From the human T2T-CHM13v2.0 reference genome, Homo sapiens: a stretch of DNA of 64,000 nt. The DNA is taken from NCBI RefSeq assembly GCF_009914755.1, contig NC_060943.1. One strand, 5' to 3'. Shown piece after piece: positions 1 to 13,826 of the stretch; positions within the stretch are counted from its first letter, which is position 1; each line of letters starts with the position of its first letter. The notes under the pieces were generated by a model. It saw only the letters and a program-made list of their open reading frames with translations. It searched no databases and had not been told where the DNA came from. Made by a program: the position numbers and the translations under genes.

Positions 1-157
1 TTTTCTTCTATTTATAAGGTCATTAACTCTATCATGAAGCCTCCACTTTTATGACTTAGTCTTACTGTAATTATCTCCCAAAAATGCCACCTCCAAATTT
101 CATCACATTAAGGATGAGGGCTTTAACAATTTTGAGGGGGCACATTCTGTCTGGAGC
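1..157 (-). mobile_element. MaLR LTR fragment (MLT1A/B-like)
   Basis: TTTATAAGG...CCACCTCCAAAT...TCACATT...TTTTGAGGGGGCACATTC resembles the reverse complement of the MLT1 5' end. Confidence 0.55.
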
Positions 158-792
158 AGGAAAGGTGGGAGCTCCTTCCCCTCCTGTTCATGAGGCCTGA
201 CCTTCCCTGGTGAGATAACTTCACATTCAGTCTCATTCTAGGTTGCAGCTCCACAGAGCCTGGGTTCTCCTCTGCTCTTCTGCCCATTCCTGGGTTTTCC
301 TTCTTGCACCACCTTCTCCCTGTGGCCCCACCTGCTCCTGTTCCAGGCAGCTGTCCTTGCGTTGCTGCTCTCTCACCATCTCTGGCCTCACTGGCCTCTG
401 CCTTTTTTTTTCTCAGCCCTGAGGCCAGCTCCATGGGAGGGAGGAAGGGTGAAGCTGGGATGGGTTCTGACCAGGTTGCTGCCCGCTATGGAAGCTTGAC
501 AATGAGGGACGCTGTTGTGTCACCATGGAGGAGTCCTTAGGAAAAGGCTATTTCTCAGGGGTGCCTGGATCAAAAGGGGGGTGGCACTTTTAATTTAGCT
601 GGATCTGTGAACTACAGGGACTCTGCTCCATGTCAGCAACCAGCACCTCCAACTTTTGGTTTCTCTCTGTAGCTGATTGTCTTGCCTGTGATAAGATCCT
701 CCTCACAATGACTGATGGTCACAGCCGTGTGTGGAAACTTAATGGAGGGTCTTGAATGCTCACACAGAGTGTCCAGGGAACATGCTTCCTGA

Positions 793-1372
793 TGTTGAGA
801 ACGGGTGCTCAGTGTCATAAAGATAAACACTGAGACAAAGGATCTCTCAGAAAGGCTAGTTTACTTTCTGCAGAAAGGGTGTCACTCGCTAGCAGTCTTG
901 CCATGACAGCACACACAAACAAAGGAGACAGGGTCATTTATAACCTGACCCGTCCACCCTACTGCTATGTCCAGCTTCTATTGGCTGGAACGGACCTCCC
1001 AATTTGTACTTGACTTGATTGGCTAGCAACTTAGAACTTTCCCAAAGAGGCAAAGGCAGAGAATAAAGGAAGAGAGGAATTAACTTGTGGAATGCTGAGA
1101 GAGGCAAAAACATTTTCAAGTAGGGAAAGGAATAAGCCTGACCTAATGCTTGCTTGGACTGGTTCAGGCATATCAGGGCAAATATCTAAGCTAAAATGTG
1201 GGGTCTAAGAACACAGAGTATATTGATTTCTTTATTATGGCTGGCAGAATTTAAGAATATTAGCACAGGTCTTTGAGAAAATTGTGCTTTTAAGAGAGGT
1301 TACTATTTATTTTCAATTAGACTGGGAGGAAAATCCCTTTGAAGAGGACCTCTATTTATTTCATTCTCTACA
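793..1372 (-). mobile_element. 3' LTR (LTR10-type, 580 bp)
   Basis: Terminal TG/CA, adjacent PPT, TATAAA and AGTAAA on minus strand, matches 9546-9769. Confidence 0.85.
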
Positions 1373-3185
1373 ATTCTCCCCTCTTTTATTTTATAATTAC
1401 TCTTCAAACTTGTTTAATATGTTTTGACTTAATTGCTCTGTTTGTCCTTTTAAGAGAAGTAATCTTTTTGAATATGGTGGAGAGTTAGGAAACAATTTTG
1501 TGAGAGTAGCAGGGACAAGTTTTTGTATAAAGCTTTGAAAACATTTTTATTTATAGTTACCCACCAGAACAACAAAGATTTAAATCTCACAGCTATTTGA
1601 TTTCGTGCTTTAAATTTATCTGGCACTTCTTGCGGGACCCCAATAGTGTTTATGTAAACCTGAGGATTAAAGGATTTATAAAGAGTTTCTTTGGGCCTGC
1701 AGTGTTTTGTTTTTACTTTTTTTTTTTTTAAGGCTGATAAAATGCCAGGGTGAAAGGGATAGCCAATTGGATTAGAGCATAAATACTCCTCCAATTATCT
1801 GGCAGAGTGTCCAGTAAAGGTCCTTCACAGTACTAGCATACATTTGCTCAGGGGTGGCTAAGCACAGACTGATGGGCAAGCTCCTGGAAAGGCTTGAGCT
1901 TCTTGCATCCTTTTATGCTTCCAAGGAACACCAAATTCTCCACTTGCCATGGGAGGCACGAACTAAACTTGGCATTTAGAGGTGGAAGCTGGATTGCCCT
2001 TGGGGGCTGACCCACAGGGTGTCAAGCTTTAGGAAACAGCAGAGAGAGAGCTCAGCATGATGGATTATCCCAAGCAGTGGGATTTTGGTAGGATTTAGCC
2101 TGTGGTAGAATCCTCCTCACAATGACTGATGGTCACAGCTGTGTGTGACCATATGGTCCATACCTGGTTGATGAGGAGACCATCCGAGTGGAAAGGGGAC
2201 AATCTGGGCGTCTGTGCACAAGCATAACAATCACTGTTATTTAAAGTGCAGATGGAATATTTAATCCATTCCAGCCGGGCATTTGCATTTTGATACATTG
2301 TCTTAATGGCTAAGGTTTGTTTTAGATCTTTCACCTTTGCAATAGACACCGTAGTTTTATTATAGGTGTAGGAGTAAGTGGGATGGGATCTAAAACTGAG
2401 GCTACTGAAGAAGGGGAAGATGGGGAATAATGCATATCTAAAAAATGCATAGGGGGTGTTTCCCATTTAGGTCGATCCCCATACCGTAGAAGCAACTAAG
2501 AGTAGGTTTAGAGTCAGTTAAGGTGGAGGTGGTGATAGAGAGAAGGACAGTGTTACACTGATAAGGCTGGCAATTAGAAGGCGTAGTCCCTTTAGTGAGG
2601 GGTTTTAGATCTGCACAAACCTCTTCCGTGGAAGTCCAACCTTGCACCTGAGTAGTCCATAGGATGTAGTCCCAGCTACTACAAGGTTGCCAGGCTATAG
2701 GAGCAGAAAATTGGTGTCTCGGCTGCAGGTATTCACAACCATGAGTGCTAGGAGGAACTATGTCAACTAGAGGGCCGGAGCATAAATATTTGTGTGAAAA
2801 AGCTAGCTGTCATTGATCCTTCACATCTTTACAAGGTATGACAGAGCATGCATTAAAGGCAATGGTCTGAGATGAGTCAGACTTAGTTATGTTAATAACA
2901 AAAGGAGCTAGTAACAGAATAAGGAAAGGAAAGGAAGCAATATAGAAGGGATATGGAAATTAAGCTTTTGGTTTTTTTTAACTTTAACTTGTTAAGGCTT
3001 GATCCCGGTACACTAACCTATGATTCTGATGAGGAAGATGATTTCTTGACTTAAGTATGGTGGGTCCATCTTCTCTTGGCTGTGCGGATGGCAGTCTTGG
3101 TGGTCAACTGTACAGGATAAGGGCCTTCCCAGGCGGGCACAAGTTTCCCTTCTTTTTACCCTCTGATGAGAACATGGTCCCTGGG

Positions 3186-3671
3186 TTAGTGCTGGTGAGC
3201 TAGAAATTCTAGCGGTGGTGTCTGTGCTAAGAGATCTTTTATCTTAAGAGAAGAAAAGGTAGCGGAGAGACCAAGTATATAATTTCTGAGGAACTGATCC
3301 TTAGTTTCAAACATAGGAACATTAGCTGAGGAATGTAAATAAGGCAATCCATATAACATTTTATATGGAGACAGGCCTGTATCCTTTTGGGGAGCTGTCC
3401 TGATCCTTAATAAGGCAATGGGAAGACATTTGGTCCATGGTAAATGAGTTTCTAGAATTAATTTAGTCAGATGATTCTTAAGGGTTTGATTTATTCTTTC
3501 TACTTGTCCAGAGGATAAGGGATGCCAGGGAATATGATATTCCCATTTTATGTCTAGCACTTGGGCCAGCTTTTTAATAATATGTGCAGCAAAATGGGTT
3601 TCATTGTTTGAGTCAATATTTTCTATTATTCCAAACTTGGGTATAATATGCTCAATTAATGGTTTTACCAC
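3186..3671 (-). pseudogene. Retroviral integrase core remnant (HERV-IP pol)
   Basis: IIPKFGIIENIDSNNETHF...WHPLSSGQVERINQTLK is the DDE core motif. Flanked by frameshifts and stops. Confidence 0.85.
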
Positions 3672-5323
3672 ATTATTGGCAGTTGCCTCGAAAAGGGGAT
3701 GGCTTCTACCCAGTGGTTAAGGTAATTAATTATTACTAGCAGGTGTTTTAGCCGACTAATGGGTGGCATTTTAGTATAATCGACTTGGACGTTTTGGAAT
3801 GGTCTTAACTCCGGAGTTCTTCCTCCGAAAGGCAATTTCCTTTAAGCTTGTTTGTCAGCTTTCTTACAGATGAGACAGCCATTTGTGATCTGCCTGTCTA
3901 GAATATAAATGCCAATACACCTAAAGACTCTGAGAATCATGTCACATAGGGCCTGGGGACCCCAGTGAGTCCCTTGATGTAAATGGGATAATACTTCCCT
4001 CATAAAGGGTTTAGATAGCATCTCTCTTTGATCTGGAAGTATGCAGCTTTCTTATGAATTTTTTTTTTTTTTTGCTTTGGGATTTCAACTAATTTTTCTT
4101 TCCCAGCCAGGGAGAAGATAGGCACAACAGTAGGAGAAGGAAGGTGGGGAGTTAAATGAAAAATGGGCATATCTAAGACTGCAGCCTTTTTGGCCATCTG
4201 ATCTGCAAGGTTATTCCTTCGGCTCTTAAGGGAAAAATCATGTTGATGTCCAGGAATGTGCATGATGGCTATCTACTTTAGTAGCTGGAGATTATCTAAG
4301 ACATGACTAATGACTTATGAGCAAGTTCTTGGCCCCTACTATTTATAAGACCTTGTTCAGCCTAAATCTTCCCAAATGTGTGTGCTACCCTAAAGGCATA
4401 CTTAGAATCTGTGTAGATAGTTTCTATCTGATCCTTTAAATATTTTAAGGCCTGACTGAAGGCAAATAATTTACAAGCTTGAGCAGAATAGCTATTGGGT
4501 AACCATCCTGATTTAATTTCTTCGAGTGTCTCTCTATCTACTACTGCATATCCACTGTGTTATTCCCCATTAAACACCCAGGGGGACTTGTCTATGAATA
4601 GGTGTTGCCCCGATCTATAGAGGCCTCAGCTAAATCTGGCTGGACTTTTGTATGGTAGTCAATTAAGTTGAGGCACAAGTGTTCTGTCTGTAGCAACGGA
4701 TTTCCCGTCAAGAACCCTGCAGGGTTGAGTGAGTTATCTGTTGTTATGGTTAAGTCATTTAAATCATCCTTTTTTTTTTAACAGAATAGCCTTATATTTT
4801 AAAATTCTGGAATCAGTGGGCCAGCTTCCTGCTTTTTGGCTCAAAATGGTCTTGACTTGATGAGATGTGCTCACGGTCAAATACCCCCCAAAGGTTATTT
4901 TTCTACTTTTTTCTACTAATATGGCTGTGGTTGCAATAGATTGAATATACTGGGGCCACCCACTGGCAACAGGATTTAAAATCTTAGACAGAAAAGCTAC
5001 TGGTTGTCACCGGCCTCCGTGTTCTTGAGTGAGCACCCCTAAGGCTACTCCATTGCTTACATTAACAAAAAGGTGGAAGGGCTTCTTAAGAGAAGGCAGA
5101 GCTAAAACTGGAGCAGACATTAGTCTATGCTTCAGTTTATTAATTTGATCTACTTCTTTAGAGGACCACATAAGGGGGTCAGGCCCCTTATTAGCTAACT
5201 TTTCATATAATAATTTACTTCTTAATGCATAGGAGTCGATCCATAATCGGCAGTATCTAATTAATCCTACAAACTTTTTAAGTTCTTGTTTGATCCAGGG
5301 CAGTGGCAGGGACAGAATTCCTT

Positions 5324-5700
5324 CTACTCGCTCAGGACCAATTCTTCTTTTGCTGGTGCTAAATGGCCCATGTATTTGACTTCTGGTTCTACATATTGGA
5401 GCTTCTCTTTTGAGACTCGTAGCCCTTCAGTGTATAAATGATTTAGAAAATAGATGGTGTACTTATTTACTTTCTCTATATCCTCTCCAGGTATAAGAAT
5501 ATCATCCATGTGTTAAGTAAACATAGCTGTTTTGGGATAGCAGCCCTCTCTATGACTTTCTCTAAGGCATGACTAAAAGGGTTTGGTGAATCTGCAAACC
5601 CTTGATACAGAACTGTCCATCTGTATTGTTGCTTCTGCCCACTGTGGGGGTCCTCCCACTCAAAGGCAAACAGGTCAGGCTGTTTTCCACTAAAAGACAT
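5324..5700 (-). pseudogene. Reverse transcriptase remnant (HERV-IP pol), frameshifted at YMDD
   Basis: FAFEWEDP...QYRWTVLYQGFADSP in one frame and MDDILI...KLQYVEPEVKYMGH in the next. Confidence 0.85.
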
Positions 5701-5780
5701 GCCCAGAAGTCATCCTCTAAATTTAAGACAGTGAACTACTGATTACTATATGGAATTTTACTTAGAATAGTGTAGGGATG

Positions 5781-6112
<332 letters not shown>

Positions 6113-6439
6113 CTATTTCATTAACAGCTTTAAGATCTTGCACTAATCAGTATGACCTGTTAGGTTTCTTGACAGGTAAAATGGGAGTATTATAGGGAGA
6201 CATGCAAGGCTTGAGGAGCCCATCTTTTGTAAGTCTATTACGGGCTTCAACCCTATCTGCCCTTCCAAGGAGACAGGATACTATTTATTCCTTACAATCT
6301 CCCCTGGAGTCTTCAATTTTATTTGGATTGGGGGAATCTGTAACCTCCTTCAGTTTCTTTCTTTTGGCCAGACACCAGGGGAAATTTTGCCATAGTTAGC
6401 AAATTTAGTGAGGTTAAGAACCCTCTTGGGCTAACCTGT

Positions 6440-6902
6440 TAAGGGAAGAGACCACCCCTCATATTGTCTTATGCCCAATTTCTACTTCCAAAAGAAAGAA
6501 GAAGTAAAAACTAAAAGGCAGAAATGAAATCCACAGGCAGACAGCCCGGCACCGCGCCCTGGGCCTGGTAGTTAAAGATCGACCCCTGACCTAACAGGTT
6601 ATGTTATCTATAGATTCCAGACATTGTATGGAAAAGCATTATAAAAATCCCTGTCCTGTTCTGTTCTGTTCTGATTACCGCTGCATGCAGCCCCCAGTCA
6701 CATACCCCCTGCTTGCTCAATCAATCATGAGCCTCTCACACGGACCCCCTTGGAGTTGTGAGCCCTTAAAAGGGACAGAAATTGCTCACTCAGGGAGCTC
6801 GGCTCTTGAGAAAGGAGTCTTGCCGATGCTCCCGGCCGAATAAACCCCTTCCTTCTTTAACTAGGTGTCTGAGAAGTTTTGTCTGCTGCTCATCCTGCTA
6901 CG
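6440..6902 (+). mobile_element. Solo LTR2 (HERV-E/Harlequin) inserted in ERV pro/pol
   Basis: Starts TAAGGGAAGAGACCACCCCTCATATTGTC, ends CCTGCTACG, AATAAA near 6839, 4-bp TSD CTGT on both sides. Confidence 0.85.
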
Positions 6903-9524
6903 CTGTAGACCAATACCTAATTTTAACATTAAATCTCTCCGAAGTAGATTAGTTTCTGCTTTAGGAATTAATAGGAATTGAATGTTACTTGATCAGGCTT
7001 TATATTTTACCTTGGCACTTTCTAAAATCTTTGCTTTAAATCCTTCCCCTTTTACTCCAGAGACTAACAACTCCTCTGGAGAATATGTTAGCCCAGTTGG
7101 GGTAACACATAGGGAGGAGCAAGTAGAGCCTCAGTCGACTAAGAAAGTAATTGACTCATGGTTAGGTCCTACCTTTAAATTTATCAAGGGCTCCTGGTGG
7201 GACTCGAGGTAGAAAAGAAAGAGCCCCTGACACCCCCCATTCCTCCTCTTTAAAGGCAGGAATGAGCGGAGGAGCTCCCCCTGTAATCTGTCACTTAGGG
7301 CATTATCTCTTAAAGTGGCCTGAGTTTCCACATTTGTAACATCTATCTTGCCCTCCTTTTCTCCCTATTCCGGAACTTCCCTGCCTCTGTCCTTTTTCTT
7401 CTCTCTTATGTTTACACCCTTTACAACACTTGCTGTGACTGTTTTCCCTTCAACCTTGATTCTGTCTTCTGTTTTGCATCCCCAGGTCCCAGGGTGTCGG
7501 CCGAAATTTTGCTTCTGGCATTGATTGCCCTGGTGAATTTTGCCAAAAGATTTTTGCCTTTTGCTTTTCTTTTTTTCATTTCATCTCTCCTGACATATAC
7601 TTTCTGTGCTTCCTCTAAAAGCTCTTTGATGGAGCGATTTTTTCATCTTTTTATTTTTTGTAACTTCTTTGCTATATTAGGCTATTTGTGACAAAATGCA
7701 ATTTTAGCATCCCTTGTCCTGGGGGGCTATCTAGATCTAAATTAGCATACTTTCTCATTTGCTCTCTTAATCTGTTTAGAAATTGCACAGGCCCTTCATG
7801 TTTTTCTTGTTGTACATCAAAGGCCTTAGTAAGATTTTGAGGTCAGGGTGCTGATTCTTTAATCCCTCTAACCGTTAATTCTCGTAAATTTTTATATGGT
7901 CTTGGTGGGTTGCATTATTATTATCCCACTGTGGGTCTTGAGTGGGAAATTTAGTATTTGCCACCGGATTATCCTGGCGAGCAGGGTGATCACCTTCCCA
8001 GGCTGCCATAGCGGCTGCGTGGATTATGTTTCGCTTCTCTTTTGAGAAGAGGATACCTAGGATCGACATTAACTCCGTCCAGGTATACTACTGGGGACCT
8101 AAAAACTGGTCGATCTGTTCTGCCACTCCTTTTGGATCATCTAGCAGGGGCTTGAGCTCCCTCTTTAGGCCTCAGACCTCAGAGGCAGTTAAGGGAGCAT
8201 TTATAAAGCCAATCGTGCCCTCTCCTTGTGGAACTTTTTTTAGAGGGAAGAGCTGGGAAGTCGATTCTTTAGGAGTGCAAGGAAAAGGAAGATTCTGAAT
8301 GTCCCTTTTACATTGTTCTATCTCTTTTTGGAGCCCTCTTTTTGAGGAAGGACATTTAGATGGGCAGCAGAGATGATCAAGCCACTGAGGCGGTAATTCC
8401 TCGGGAACAGACGCCTCCAAGTCCAGAGTGATCCCTGGAGCGGGTGGGGGAGACGAGACTTCCGCCTGAGGAGGAGGGGAGGCGGGACTTCTGCCGGAGG
8501 AGGAGTGGGAGGCGGGAGTTCCATCTGAGGAGGAGAAGGCGGCAGCCATACGGCAGGCAGCAGCAGCGCCGTGGGATTCAGAAACGGGAAGATAATTTAA
8601 AGGATCCCACTAACTGCTCTGGGCCTTTGTTTCTGTCTGTTACCGTCTTTAAGTCATTTAAGGGGTAAAGAAGGGCAGGCCCTTGCTGCTAGCATAAGGC
8701 ATAATCCATTTTTTCTGGGGACATGGGGCTTTGGTTGTTAACATACATTATTAAAAGTTGACAGACCCAATCCTCATCTGAACCAAATTTTGGCCAGAAA
8801 ATGGCAGGTTTTAAGGTTGGCTCTTGGGTCCAGAGGAAACAGCAATATTTAATCATCTGTTGTTTTCTCTTATATTTAGTCCGCTCATCCTCTTTCCAAT
8901 ATTATAGCATGAATCCTAAGGGACTATCAAAGGAAATTTGATCACTGTCCCCTCCCTTGTTGCCTGGTCTATTTCCTGTCCCAATCCTACTAGAAGCATT
9001 TCCCATGTTGAATCCCAGATAGGCCCAATCCCTTGTGCTAGGGATGTTTTGCCTCTTCCTTTCCCAGGAAGGCTGAATCCCCCAGATACCGGGGATGTCT
9101 CGTCTGTCCTGTCCTCAAGGCTTAATCTCTCACACCAGAGGTGTTTCACCGATTCTCTTTCCCTGCGAGGTTAACCTTCCTCCGTTTCCCTTTTGGAGGT
9201 TCCTTACACTCTTCCCGTTTATGTCCACGCACTCTGTCCAGCAACAAGTTGGTAATCGTGCACACACACTCAGCCTCCCAAAAGCTGACCACCAAGGAAG
9301 TACTTTGCTGCCCTCTTGCGGCTTTTCCTACCTTGGCCCATGCACGGCGTTGCCTGGTTACTGTGGGGAGTCCCGCAAGCCTGTCTCTTTCCCCGCGTTG
9401 CTGAGAATTCAAGTATATTCCTCTCACCGGGTAGGTCCCGGCTCTCCTCCTGGGGCTGCCGCAACGGGCGGCAGGGCGCCTCCCCACAAGAGAGGGCCAA
9501 AGACTGTCCCAGAGGGGAATGTTA

Positions 9525-9542
9525 ATCTCGCTGGGGCCTTCA
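9525..9542 (-). other. Primer binding site complementary to tRNA-Thr(UGU)
   Basis: Plus-strand ATCTCGCTGGGGCCTTCA matches the remembered tRNA-Thr-TGT 3' end ATCTCGCTGGGGCCTCCA at 17/18, 3 nt from the LTR end. Confidence 0.75.
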
Positions 9543-9769
9543 AATTGTTGGTAACGGGTGCTCGGTGTCATAAAGATCAGCACTGAGGCACAGCATCTCT
9601 CAGCAAGGCTAGTTTACTTTCTGCAGAAAAAGTGCCGCTCGCCAGCAGTCTTGCCATGAATGCACACACGAACAAAGGAGACAAGGTCATTTATAACCTG
9701 ATGCATCCACCCTACTGCTGTGTGCGGCTTCCAATGGCTGGAACAGGACCTCACAATTTGTACTTGACT

Positions 9770-10142
9770 CAAACTACTACAAGTCAAATACAGCAAAAAT
9801 CCAAAAACCCGAATTTAAAAGTGAACAAAAGACTAAAATACTTCCCAAAGGAAGACACACACATTGCCAGTGAGGACATGCGAGGATTCTCAACATCACT
9901 AATACTTACGGATATGCAAATCAAAACCACAGTAATACACCACCTCACACACATTAAAATGGCTTTAATAAAAACAACAACAACATGAAACCACAAGTGT
10001 TTTCAAGTAGGTGGAAAAATTAGGGCTCTAGTGCATTGCTGCTGGTGATGGGAAATGTTATAGATGCTGTGGAAAGTGGTATGGCAGTTTCTCAATAAAT
10101 TAAAGAATTACTACTTGATCCAGCAATTCTACTTCTGGATTC
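9770..10142 (+). mobile_element. Old L1M fragment (ORF2 3' region)
   Basis: TCAACATCACTAAT...ATGCAAATCAAAACCACA...GATCCAGCAATTCTACTTCTGG. Confidence 0.8.
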
Positions 10143-10728
10143 TAGGTTGTGAATGCGTTGATTATCTTTAGTGAACTATAGAAAGTTTTCTTTATCTGGT
10201 GAAAATACACTGTAACATAATAACTTAGTAGATAACATGAGCCCTCTTGCATGGGAGAGCTTTTATACAACCAGAACCAGAAAATATGCATTGAAAATAA
10301 CAATTGAATGAAATCTCATTATAAAATGTTTAAATGGACCAGCAGGTGACCAAGTGTACCTGAAGCTTTGATTGTTTTCCCAGGAATATGGGGCCAAACA
10401 TTGGTTATAAATTCTTTTAACAATTTATAAGTCACCACACCAATATATTCCATTTGAATATTTTTATCTTTTCCATGATGAGTCATGGAATGCAGAACTT
10501 TTAATAATAAAAGCTTTAAGGACTTAGGAAGGACAAGGTGGCCATCCTGGTTCTCCATGAGTCCATGCTTAATTAATATTAGACTCATATCCTCTTGAAT
10601 CATAGTTTTTCTTCAAATTATGTGCATAGCACTGATAACTGATGGGTTATCATAGGTAATTTGACTTAGACCATGACGTTCATTCAAATTGTATATCTAA
10701 GTAATTTTAATGTCAGCTGATGTAGCAT
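10143..10728 (-). mobile_element. MER4-group ERV1 internal fragment with integrase N-terminal relic
   Basis: ORF 10319-10603 DGHLVLPKSLKLLLLKVLHSMTHHGKDK resembles the integrase Zn-binding region. Confidence 0.6.
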
Positions 10729-11217
10729 GAGTGCTGATTGGTTAGGTAGGAGATGAAATCATGGGAAGTTGAAGCTGTCCTTTTTTGCTGAGTCAGTTCC
10801 TGAGTAGAGGTCACAAGATCAAATGACCCATTTTATCGATCTGGGTGGGGCCAGCTCATCCATCCATCAAGTGCAGGGTCTGCCAAATAGCTCAGACAGA
10901 TCTCAGGAGCAGTTTAGAGAGGGTCAGAATCTTGTAGCCTCCAGCTGCATGACTCTTAAACCATAATTTCTAATCTTGTGGCTAATTTGTTAGTCCCACA
11001 AAGGCAGTCTTGTCCCCAGGCAAGAAGGAGGTTCGTTTTGGGAAAGGGCTGTTATCGTCTTTGTTTTAAACTGTAAACTAAATTCCTATTAAAGTTAGTT
11101 CAGCCTATGCCCAGGACCGAACAAGGACAGCTTGGAGGTTAGAAGCAAGACGGTGTTCATTAGGTTAGGTTAGATCTCTTTCACTGTCTCAGTCATAATT
11201 TTGCCAAGATAGTTTGA
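10729..11217 (-). mobile_element. LTR8, 3'-truncated
   Basis: Reverse complement CAAAATTATGACTGAGACAGTGAAAGAGATCTAACCTAACC...CCAATCAGCACTC matches LTR8. Confidence 0.8.
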
Positions 11218-11384
11218 GGAGAATCAAATTTTAAAGAAAGACACATAATAGTGTCACGGCTAGCCTTAAATATTCTCTTGACTAACTTACAGAGCAAAAA
11301 TCTAGCCTTAAACAAAGTTAAGTTTTTTGTAATCTCAAATGACTTGCTTTAGATCTCCTGAGGCAATAAGGATTAAAGCCACTT

Positions 11385-11456
11385 CACCATGTCATCCAGT
11401 AGTTAAAATTCCACACTTTCACTGTTGCAGCCTGGATTCAATTACAAGTCAGAGAA
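11385..11456 (+). pseudogene. Decayed tRNA-Glu(UUC)-like sequence inside ERV internal DNA
   Basis: 72 nt, ungapped and colinear with tRNA-Glu (TCCAGTAGTTAAAATTCCACACTTTCACTGTTGCAGCCTGGATTCAATTACAAGTCAGAGAA). Differences are mostly transitions, many at CpG. Confidence 0.55.
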
Positions 11457-11467
11457 TGAACCGCTTT

Positions 11468-11986
11468 TGTTACAGGAAAAAGGTCCCAATCCATGCCCAA
11501 AGAGAGGATTCTTGGATCTTGCACGAGAAAGAATTCAGGGCAAGTCTGCAGCGCAAAGTAAAAGCAAGTTTATTAAGAAAGTAAAGTAGTGAAAGTACAG
11601 CTACTCCATAGTCACAGTAGGATGTTCTTGAAAGTAAGAGGAGGCACACACCCACCCTAGGTACAGTGCTCATATATATGGGGAGATGTACCCTGCTACA
11701 AAGGTTTGTGATAAGGATTAATTTTCTTAATTGTGATATTTTGCAAGAATCTAAGTTATTATCTTTAAAGCAAAATTAGGAATCACTTTGTTTTCCAGAT
11801 ATTGGGATATCTGGACACTCCCAAGTCTGGGTCTGTTTAGTAAATATTATTGATTTGTTCCCTTAACCATAAACATCTAGAGGCTAGGAATGCCTCACTT
11901 TCTGGAAATGCAGCCCAACAAGTCCCAGCCTCATTTTCCCAGCCCTCACTCAAGATGGAGTCACTCTACTTCAAATGCCTCTGCCA
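11468..11986 (-). mobile_element. Solo MER41 LTR (MER41C/D-like)
   Basis: Ends TGGCAGAGGCATTTGAA.../...CCTGTAACA on minus, 4-bp TSD CTTT. Confidence 0.8.
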
Positions 11987-12195
11987 CTTTTGTTTTGATA
12001 TTTGTGTGATTTTTGAGTTTTTGTGGTACTCATTTACATCTTTGGAGATGTCTCATGCATCCTTGGCTAAGTCACAATTATGGTTAGTGCTTATCAGTTT
12101 CAGCTGGGAGGATACTTTTGGTTAAAAAAAAATTCAAAAGCCAGAAATATCAGCTGTTTGTCCTAGCTAAAATCTGATAATAAAAAATCTGAAAG

Positions 12196-13230
<1,035 letters not shown>

Positions 13231-13536
13231 TGCTTTGGTGTCATTTCTCAGCTATGTTTGGCAGCTAAGAGAAGGATTTCCCAAAACAGCTCTGTGATTA
13301 AGAGTCAGCTTAATTAAAAACTGGTATTTAAGCCATATATTTATTAATGGTATTTAAGCCATATAATTATTAATATTTATAATATTAAGCCATGTATATA
13401 TTAAAATAATATATATATAAAATATTATATATATATAGAATATGTATATACACAGAATATATAAATTCATATTGGATATATATTGAGAAAGGACTTGAAT
13501 GTATATTGAAGGCTTTTCTGCTTTTCTCTTTTGTAT

Positions 13537-13826
13537 CTTTTTTTTTTTTTGAGACAGGCTGTCACTCTGTCACCCAGGCTTAAGTGCAGTGGCACAATCT
13601 CAGCTCGCTGCAACCTCCACCTCCTGGGTTCAAGGGATTCTTGGGCCTCAGCCTCTTGAGCAGCTGAGATTACAGGCACGTGCCACCACACCTGACTGAT
13701 TTTTGTATTTTTACTAGAGACTGGGTTTCGCCATGTTGCTGGTCTTGAACTCCTGGCCTTGAGTAATCTGCCCGCCTCAGTCTCCCAAAGTGCTGCCATT
13801 ACAGATGTGAGCCACTGCCTCTGGCC
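13537..13826 (-). mobile_element. Alu (old, AluJ-like)
   Basis: Poly-T followed by Alu body, TSD TCTCTTTTGTATC. Confidence 0.85.
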
